From: Pyrodictium delaneyi
GTDB taxonomy: Archaea; Thermoproteota; Thermoprotei_A; Sulfolobales; Pyrodictiaceae
Reading direction: 5' to 3'
Assembly (NCBI RefSeq): GCF_001412615.1
Contig: NZ_CP013011.1
Span: 300,001-332,000, forward strand
Length of the DNA: 32,000 bases
Position 1 is the stretch's first letter. Every line of letters begins with the position of its first letter. The position numbers and the translations under genes are program-made. The notes under the pieces were generated by a model, which saw only the letters and a list, made by a program, of their open reading frames with translations, was not told where the DNA came from and did not search any database. Below are positions 25,917 through 32,000 of the stretch, piece after piece.

Positions 25917-26555
25917 TTAACCACCTAGAGCCTCTACCACGAAGGGGTTGCTCCTTTTCTCCTGCTCGAGCGTCGTGGCGGGGCCGTGGCCTGGGTAGAT
26001 CTTGGCCTCGAGGGGGAGGAGGCTGTAGAGCCTCCGGATGCTCTCCAGTAGCTCCTCGTAGTCGCCGCCGGGGAAGTCCGTCCTCCCGACACTCCCCGCG
26101 AAGAGCAGGTCGCCGGTGAACACTACGTCGCCTCCTAGTATGAAGACCATGTGGCCTGGTGTGTGGCCGGGAGTATGCACTGCCAATAGTTCTCCACCGC
26201 TAAAGGCTATCCGTGTACCGTCGGCCAGCTCTACGTCGGGCTCCTCTGGGGGCTCCCAGTCAGCCTCGATACCCCATATCCTGGCTAGCTTCCTGGAGAA
26301 CTCTAGAGCAACCTTGTCAGCCGGGTTCGCGGCGAAGACCGCGCCGAGCCCGCGGAGACAATTAACGCCAGCTACGTGGTCTATGTGCATATGTGTCGCC
26401 AGTACTGCCTTGACTCTCCGGCAGCCCAGCTCTGGGAGCTTATCGGCAATGCATTCTCCCGGGTCTATGACCAGGCAGTCCTCCTGGGGCCCTACTAGCA
26501 CGTACGTATTGGTCTCGAGCGGGCCGGTAACGAGCCGGACTAGCTGCACCTCCAC
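25917..26555 (-). CDS. metallo-beta-lactamase-fold hydrolase (glyoxalase II-like)
   Basis: It has HMHIDHVAG (HxHxDH), HTPGHTPGH, TGDLLFAGSVGRTDF and YPGHGP. The track ORF extends to 26696, but the conserved fold begins at VEVQLVRLVTGPLETNTYV. I therefore prefer GTG 26555 or 26549, which also avoids overlap with the divergent gene. Confidence 0.85.
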   Translation of the reverse strand: MEVQLVRLVTGPLETNTYVLVGPQEDCLVIDPGECIADKLPELGCRRVKAVLATHMHIDHVAGVNCLRGLGAVFAANPADKVALEFSRKLARIWGIEADWEPPEEPDVELADGTRIAFSGGELLAVHTPGHTPGHMVFILGGDVVFTGDLLFAGSVGRTDFPGGDYEELLESIRRLYSLLPLEAKIYPGHGPATTLEQEKRSNPFVVEALGG

Positions 26556-26648
26556 GGACTCCCCCAGGGGCTCCTCTCCCGGCAACCTTGTAGGGTTGTG
26601 GTTTTTGCTTGCCCCCGGCAGCCGTGTTACGTCTAGGGGCTCCAGGTC

Positions 26649-28043
26649 TTGGCGTTTATCCGTAACCGTAGCCTGTTGGAGAAGACTAGTCTCCACCGGG
26701 ACCTGCTCGACGCGCTAGAAGCAGCCCTGGAGGCCGTAGAGCCTCGGAGACTCCTACGACGCTGGCTAAGGCGTTGCGGAAGCTGCGTGGAGATACAGAA
26801 TGTCGGCAGGCTTTGCCCCGCCGGTGGCGTCTACGTTGTAGGCTTTGGGAAGGCCTCTAGGGGGATGGCCGAGGCTGTTGTAGAGACGCTCGATGGACTA
26901 GTAGAGGCCGGGGTCGTTATCGCGCCTCCCGGGATGGCAGGCCGTGTAGGCCCCATAGAGGTGCTTGAGGGTGACCACCCGGTACCGGGAACACGGACCC
27001 TCGGGGCGAGCCGTAGGCTGCTCGAGTTCCTGGAGAGTGTCCCGGACGATGCTCTGCTCCTAGTGCTTGTCTCGGGTGGTGGTAGCGCGCTCTTCGAGGT
27101 ACCCGCCGACGAGATGAGCCTAGAGGATGAGGCCGCGGTTGTCCGGGAGCTCCTCCGCCGGGGCGCTGAGATATACGAGCTGAATGCTGTCAGGAAGCAT
27201 ATCTCTGCCGTGAAGGGCGGGCAACTGCTCCGCTATACGCGGGCCCAGCAAGTAGTATCGCTGATCATAAGCGACGTTGTCGGCGACAGGCTCGACACTA
27301 TCGCGTCGGGCCCTACTGCGCCCGACGAGACTAGTTTCCGCGACGCATACGAGGTACTCAGGAAGTACGGTGTATGGGGCTCCATCCCCGATAGTGTGAG
27401 GAAGTGGATAGAGGCTGGGCTCCGAGGCGAGGCGCCGGAGACGCCTAAGCCGGGCGATCCTATCTTTGAGAGGGTCTACAACGTTATAGTTGCTGGTAAC
27501 CGTGACGCGCTCCAGGCTGCCGCGAGGCTCCTATCCTCCAGGGGCTACCGCACGGTTATCCTCACCGACAGGATGAGAGGCGAGGCCCGCGAAGCAGCCC
27601 GGCTACTGGCTGGTGTAGTCGAGTCTGTGGCAGCCGGGGGCCCCTCGCCGGTAGAGCCACCTGCGGCTATCATCGCTGGTGGCGAGACCACTGTGACTGT
27701 CCGGGGACAGGGCCGTGGGGGACGTAACCAGGAGCTATGTCTCTCCCTCGTTCTAGAGCTCCACCGAGGGCGTGCAGCCGGCCGCTACGTTGCCGCGTGT
27801 CTTGGCACCGATGGTGTAGATGGGAATAGCCCTGCTGCCGGAGCGCTTGTCGACTGGGAGACCATAGGACGGGCGCTGAGGCTCGGTCTTGACCCGCGCC
27901 AGGCGCTCGAGGAGAACGATAGCTATGGGTTCTTCAGCCGTGTAGGAGGCGTGATTGATACAGGCGGCTTCACGGGCATCAATGTGAACGACGTATTCGT
28001 AGCATTGATACCCGGAGGGAAGGTTTCTTCAGCGGGCGTTTAA
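26649..28043 (+). CDS. glycerate 2-kinase (MOFRL family)
   Basis: 464 aa. It has LVLVSGGGSALFE, KHISAVKGGQL, TIASGPTAPD and IIAGGETTVTVRGQGRGGRNQE, typical of MOFRL-type glycerate kinase/hydroxypyruvate reductase. Confidence 0.85.
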   Translation: MAFIRNRSLLEKTSLHRDLLDALEAALEAVEPRRLLRRWLRRCGSCVEIQNVGRLCPAGGVYVVGFGKASRGMAEAVVETLDGLVEAGVVIAPPGMAGRVGPIEVLEGDHPVPGTRTLGASRRLLEFLESVPDDALLLVLVSGGGSALFEVPADEMSLEDEAAVVRELLRRGAEIYELNAVRKHISAVKGGQLLRYTRAQQVVSLIISDVVGDRLDTIASGPTAPDETSFRDAYEVLRKYGVWGSIPDSVRKWIEAGLRGEAPETPKPGDPIFERVYNVIVAGNRDALQAAARLLSSRGYRTVILTDRMRGEAREAARLLAGVVESVAAGGPSPVEPPAAIIAGGETTVTVRGQGRGGRNQELCLSLVLELHRGRAAGRYVAACLGTDGVDGNSPAAGALVDWETIGRALRLGLDPRQALEENDSYGFFSRVGGVIDTGGFTGINVNDVFVALIPGGKVSSAGV

Positions 28044-28157
28044 GGGGGTTAAAGAGGCTATGCCCTAATGACATTATGGGAGTAGACATAAATACCAGAA
28101 ACAACTTCTAGAGAGAAACTGGAACGGAAAACTGAGGCAGCATAGGTGAAGAGAGCC

Positions 28158-28856
28158 ATGCCCGGAAACATACCCCTAATAGGCGAGCGCTTCCCAGAGA
28201 TGGAGGTAGTCACCGACCACGGTGTCATCAAGCTACCAGACCACTTCAAGGGCAAGTGGTTCGTCCTCTTCAGCCACCCAGCAGACTTCACACCAGTGTG
28301 TACGACAGAGTTCGTAGCCTTCGCCAAGAGGTACGAAGACTTCAAGAAGCTCAACACTGAACTAATAGGCCTAAGCGTCGACAACACCTTCAGCCACATA
28401 AAGTGGAAGGAGTGGATCAAGGAGAAACTAGGCGTAGAGATACCATTCCCAATAATCGCTGACCCCATGGGCGAGGTAGCCAAGAAGCTAGGCATGATAC
28501 ACGCCGAGAGCGGCGTAGTCACCGTACGCGCAGTATTCGTAGTCGACGACCAGGGCGTGATAAGAGCGATACTCTACTACCCACTAAACGTCGGCAGGAA
28601 CATCGACGAGATACTAAGGCTCGTAGAGGCGCTCCAGCTAAGCAGCAAGTACGGCCGCGCCGTGCCAGCCAACTGGCCGAACAACGAGCTAATAGGCGAC
28701 CAGCTAATAGTGCCGCCAGCAAGCACCGAGCAGGAGGCTAAGGAGAGGCTACAGAAGTTCAAGTGCTTCGACTGGTGGTTCTGCTACGAGGACAAGGCTA
28801 GCCAGGAGGAGAAGGAGCAGGCACGCCGCTTCCTCAAGCGCGTCGCCAACTGCTAA
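28158..28856 (+). CDS. peroxiredoxin (thioredoxin peroxidase, archaeal Prx6-like)
   Basis: [17 protein letters not shown]...[15 protein letters not shown]...HIKWKEWI...CFDWWFC. From memory it is almost collinear with the A. pernix ApTPx sequence. I prefer ATG 28158, with AGGTGA 10 nt upstream, over the track's GTG 28146. Confidence 0.95.
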   Translation: MPGNIPLIGERFPEMEVVTDHGVIKLPDHFKGKWFVLFSHPADFTPVCTTEFVAFAKRYEDFKKLNTELIGLSVDNTFSHIKWKEWIKEKLGVEIPFPIIADPMGEVAKKLGMIHAESGVVTVRAVFVVDDQGVIRAILYYPLNVGRNIDEILRLVEALQLSSKYGRAVPANWPNNELIGDQLIVPPASTEQEAKERLQKFKCFDWWFCYEDKASQEEKEQARRFLKRVANC

Positions 28857-29018
28857 CAACCAATCCACCATACGCAGGTATGAGCCCCTTTTTCCTACCC
28901 GAAAGGCAGGTCCTCTCCGCACAATGAATGTTTCATCCCACTTCTTTGACCCTTGTCGTGATAATCCCCCTCGGAGACAACATTCTGGTGAGCCGCACGC
29001 TATAGCGGATATAGCCCC

Positions 29019-30452
29019 TTGGCCCTAATCCTAGGTAGCCCCATGGGTGGCCCTGTGCCTTCGCATCGTCTCGCAGCCTTCACGCTCATAGTCCCGGTCG
29101 TCGGCTGGGGTATCCTACTCTCCCCTCCATTCGAGAGTATCCGACCCCTCCTAGGACTCCCAGAGCACTTGCCCGCCTCGCGGTTCAACGGCCATGCTGC
29201 CGAGATAGTGCCTCCCGATAGAGGGGATGCAGAATGGTTCTTGGCACGAGTAGCTCACTACTACCACGTGGTCTTCGCAGCCCTCCTCTACTCGATGATA
29301 GTTCTGGGCTCCCGGCTCTACCCCGGAGAGTGGCGTGATACCCGGCTGCTAGGCCTAGCTGGGGCCGTTATGACTGCTGTGGGCGGGCTGGGCTACGCCT
29401 ACTACTCTCGTAGCCCCCCGCTACACGGGCTCTTCATAGCCGGGCTTGCGGTCCTCTTCGCATCTGGTCTGCTCGTGGCCGTGCGGTTGAGGCCCCGCGA
29501 CGTGCTCGACCATGCGCTGAGAGCCACGCTGACACTGATGCTCGTGGGTGGCGTTATCGGCGGCTACCTCGGCAGCAGCTTCATGGACGAGGAGGCCCAC
29601 AAGGGCTTCGTTGAGGCAAAGATAGCGGCCCGGTTTAACCCCGACTATGCCGAGGATAACGAGCTCTGGCGGGCGATGGTGGCGCACGAGCACGCGATGG
29701 TGGCGCTGGCGGATGTCGCCGCGTTCCTCGTTGCGCTCCGGGCGCTCCATCTACGCTGGGGGCGCTCTACGAGGCTTGCCTCCTACATGGTTCTAGTCGG
29801 GCTAGTAGCTACTGCTGTTGCCTCCTACGCTGTCTGGCCAGTAGGCGGCATAGCACACCTAGTCATAACGCCGGCCTCGTTAATACTGCTCATCGGAGTC
29901 ACAATCCTAGCCTTCAAGACCACCACGACGGGCACCCAGCCCCAAGAGAGGCTGCTAGCCCTGGGCATCCGGGTCGGCACCCTAGCGCTCTGGGCATCAG
30001 TGGTAGTGCCCGGCGCTATCGTGGCCTCTAGCCTCCGCAAACCAACAGTCTTCATTAACCCGGCTTTCCGCGACCCCGCCTGGGACTGGGCAGAGCTAGC
30101 ATACAACATTGGCCACTGGCACATACTCCTCGCCGCGTGGGGCATTGTCCTCCTCCTAGCCGCGCTCGCGACACAAGAGTACACCAGGACGAGGAGAGTA
30201 GCTATCCTAGGCGGGTGGCTAGCCCTAGCAGGCTTCACTGCTGCACCGGTGACCGTGAACCTCTACATGCTCGGCAACCCGCCGGAGCCCTACCAGCCAA
30301 ACCCCTACGACAACATCTGGCTACGGCTCCTAGTCGAGCCCTCACTAGCAGTCATGGCGGCTGGCGTAGCACTAGCCTACCTCGCGGTCGTGTACGAGGA
30401 GGCACAGGCCTCCCTCCGAGGGCTAGCACCTAGAGCCTTTGAGAAGAAATAG
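29019..30452 (+). CDS. polytopic integral membrane protein, unknown function
   Basis: 477 aa with about 12 hydrophobic segments. His-containing motifs lie in or near the helices (HYYHVVFAALLY, HEHAMVALADV, NIGHWHILLAAWG). The start may be ATG 29043. Confidence 0.7.
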   Translation: MALILGSPMGGPVPSHRLAAFTLIVPVVGWGILLSPPFESIRPLLGLPEHLPASRFNGHAAEIVPPDRGDAEWFLARVAHYYHVVFAALLYSMIVLGSRLYPGEWRDTRLLGLAGAVMTAVGGLGYAYYSRSPPLHGLFIAGLAVLFASGLLVAVRLRPRDVLDHALRATLTLMLVGGVIGGYLGSSFMDEEAHKGFVEAKIAARFNPDYAEDNELWRAMVAHEHAMVALADVAAFLVALRALHLRWGRSTRLASYMVLVGLVATAVASYAVWPVGGIAHLVITPASLILLIGVTILAFKTTTTGTQPQERLLALGIRVGTLALWASVVVPGAIVASSLRKPTVFINPAFRDPAWDWAELAYNIGHWHILLAAWGIVLLLAALATQEYTRTRRVAILGGWLALAGFTAAPVTVNLYMLGNPPEPYQPNPYDNIWLRLLVEPSLAVMAAGVALAYLAVVYEEAQASLRGLAPRAFEKK

Positions 30453-30474
30453 AGGCGCGTAAACAATGGCGAGG

Positions 30475-31191
30475 TTACACTAGCGGTTCAGCCTCGACGC
30501 GTAGTACCGTTGCCTCGCCTAGGCGTACGAGCATACCCGGCTTTAGAACTGCCCTATCTACTCTCCTGAATACCGCTTCACCGGGGTCGTAGATGTAAGT
30601 GCCGTTTGTGCTACCCAGGTCCTCGAGCACCACCTTGTCGTCCTCGATGTATACTAGCGCGTGGCGCCGCGACACACTCGGGTCGGGTACTACTATGACG
30701 TTTTCCAGGCTCCTGCCGAGGCTTATCCTGCCGTAGACCTCGAACTGTAGGGGGATCTTCATCCCCATGAGTTCCGTGACGGGACTATTTATGACGACTA
30801 GATAGTAGCGATGCGTCCTAGGGTTGGGTGGTGCCTCTGTCCCAGCCGTTTGCTCGGCTTCACCGGCCTCGGGGCTAGGAGTCTCCGGTACTCCATGCTC
30901 CGCAGTGGCAGCCTCCATACTCTCCGCTTCTCCTGGCGTTTCCGTTTCGGCCTCTACCGCCTCAGCCGCTTCTGGTGCTTGCGCTTCCGCCATCGTCCTG
31001 CCCGGCATGCCTGCTGTAGTCTCCGCCTCTGTTGCCCTGGGCTCTATATCCCGGGGCGTGCCGCATACTAGGCAGCGGTCCGCGTCATCAGGGTTCTCTG
31101 CACCGCATACACTACACTTCCAAGGCACACCAGAAGCACCAGGGGGAATATCTAGCCAGCTTGGAGGATAAGAGCGTACACACGCAACCAC
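30475..31191 (-). CDS. zinc-ribbon + FHA domain protein (ArnA-like)
   Basis: 238 aa. The zinc ribbon is WKCSVCGAENPDDADRCLVCGTPR. An acidic, Ala/Glu/Thr-rich linker follows. The FHA core is ISLGRSLENVIVVPDPSVSRRHALVYIEDDKVVLEDLGSTNGTYI. Confidence 0.85.
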   Translation of the reverse strand: MVACVRSYPPSWLDIPPGASGVPWKCSVCGAENPDDADRCLVCGTPRDIEPRATEAETTAGMPGRTMAEAQAPEAAEAVEAETETPGEAESMEAATAEHGVPETPSPEAGEAEQTAGTEAPPNPRTHRYYLVVINSPVTELMGMKIPLQFEVYGRISLGRSLENVIVVPDPSVSRRHALVYIEDDKVVLEDLGSTNGTYIYDPGEAVFRRVDRAVLKPGMLVRLGEATVLRVEAEPLV

Positions 31192-31264
31192 TCAGCAGCC
31201 AGCAGCTCTGAGTTCTTTACCCTCCCGCTCCGCTGCTAACACGTGTCTACAAGGGCTCATAGCC

Positions 31265-31828
31265 GTGGAGCAGCAGAGCCGCCTTATAGTCCTCGTCTCG
31301 GGCATGCCGGGCAGCGGCAAGAGCATGTTCTCCAGTATCGCCAGGAACATGGGGATACCCGTCTACGTCATGGGCGACGTGATAAGGGAGGAGGCGCGGC
31401 GACGGGGGCTTGAGCCGACACCCGCCAACCTCAACATGATCGCGCGCCTCCTGAGAGAGGAGTATGGCCCTGCAGTAGTGGCCGAGCGTATAGCGGAGAA
31501 GCTGCGGGAGGATCCCAGCCCCGTGGTGCTCATCGATGGTGTCCGGAGCCTCGTAGAGGTCGAGGTGTTCGAGAAGCTCGGCAGAGTAGTCATAGTGGCT
31601 GTCCACGCTTCGCCCCGGACACGTTTCGAGAGGCTACGGCGGCGTGGCCGCCCAGGAGACCCCCAGACCTGGGAGGAGTTCCGGCAGCGCGACCTCACCG
31701 AGCTAGGCTTTGGCTTGGGAAGCGTCATAGCCTTAGCTGACTACATGCTGGTAAACGAGGGCCCTGCTACAGAGTTCAAGGAGAAAGCCCGGATGCTCTT
31801 AGCCGGGCTCGTAGCAGACGGAAGCTAA
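31265..31828 (+). CDS. P-loop nucleotide kinase-like protein (adenylate/dephospho-CoA-kinase fold, archaeal UPF0200-type)
   Basis: 187 aa. It has the Walker A motif VSGMPGSGKS followed by GDVIREEARRRGL. Size and layout match the small archaeal kinase-like family. Confidence 0.7.
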   Translation: MEQQSRLIVLVSGMPGSGKSMFSSIARNMGIPVYVMGDVIREEARRRGLEPTPANLNMIARLLREEYGPAVVAERIAEKLREDPSPVVLIDGVRSLVEVEVFEKLGRVVIVAVHASPRTRFERLRRRGRPGDPQTWEEFRQRDLTELGFGLGSVIALADYMLVNEGPATEFKEKARMLLAGLVADGS

Positions 31829-31886
31829 GGCTATTCCGTCAAGAGGGCTGGGAATGTAGGAAAAGGGAGGAAGAAGCAAGCTAGAG

Positions 31887-32000
31887 CTAGGCTGTTAGCG
31901 GTGAGTCGCTGGATAATGTTGAGCCCTTGGCGAGCATCTTGGGGAGGTCTTCTTCGGGGGTGCTTATTAGCCGTAGGTCGAACTTCTTCCTCAGCTCCTC
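31887..32000 (-). CDS. C-terminal end of an unidentified gene entering from the right edge
   Basis: My minus-strand translation is in frame to the window edge: EELRKKFDLRLISTPEEDLPKMLAKGSTLSSDSPLTA, then stop (TAG at 31889-31887). It is too short to identify. Confidence 0.3.
   Translation of the reverse strand, partial: EELRKKFDLRLISTPEEDLPKMLAKGSTLSSDSPLTA

Noticed and set aside
26556-26696. N-terminal 47-aa extension of the MBL hydrolase ORF
   Set aside because: The extension precedes the conserved start of the fold and would overlap the divergent glycerate kinase gene. Internal GTG starts at 26555 and 26549 give a standard ~210-aa enzyme.
5134-31728. Numerous antisense or alternate-frame ORFs inside GC-rich genes (for example 5358..5648, 6573..7037, 13144..13665, 14876..15370, 22840..23319, 24126..24581, 26116..26718, 29825..30238, 30824..31171, 31247..31606, 31363..31728)
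   Set aside because: Their Arg/Pro/Gly/Ser-rich products are typical of shadow ORFs in high-GC DNA. Each is fully contained in a gene with clear family motifs on the other strand or in another frame.

Overview
GC-rich archaeal chromosomal segment. Codon usage (heavy CTA/ATA/AGG), leaderless-looking starts, a type I-A CRISPR-Cas locus and a peroxiredoxin close to what I recall of Aeropyrum pernix ApTPx suggest a hyperthermophilic crenarchaeon (Desulfurococcales-like); this is inference only. Positions 1-11800 hold the type I-A locus. The start of the interference operon (csa5, then cas7/csa2) runs off the left edge on the minus strand. It is followed by divergent csa3, an embedded vapBC pair, and a split adaptation module (cas2-cas4 on minus, csa1-cas1 on plus). 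Next comes a cas1-adjacent gene that reads as CARF-like N-domain plus PIN-like C-domain but is broken by a +1 frameshift. The CRISPR array has 51 canonical repeats plus one decayed repeat (25-nt repeat, 38-48-nt spacers); I infer it is transcribed on the minus strand from an AT-rich leader at 11363-11815. The remainder is mostly housekeeping: V4R protein, aminotransferase, Zn-ADH, tungsten AOR, NDH-2-like flavoprotein, MBL hydrolase, glycerate 2-kinase, peroxiredoxin, P-loop kinase. Interspersed is a eukaryote-like phospho-signalling set: a membrane Ser/Thr kinase, a vWA / PPP-phosphatase / Zn-ribbon operon, and a Zn-ribbon-FHA protein (ArnA/ArnB-like). The items most worth a second look are: the frameshifted CARF/PIN gene; a cas2 whose conserved N-terminus has no in-frame start (one-base homopolymer problem); a single-gene low-GC island (17151-18296) encoding a tandem Lrp/AsnC-like protein, next to a non-coding stretch with a perfect 14-bp GC hairpin; and the vWA protein's C-terminal TR[RK][LI] repeats, which look like FHA docking sites. 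All functional calls come from reading translated motifs by eye; no database search was run.
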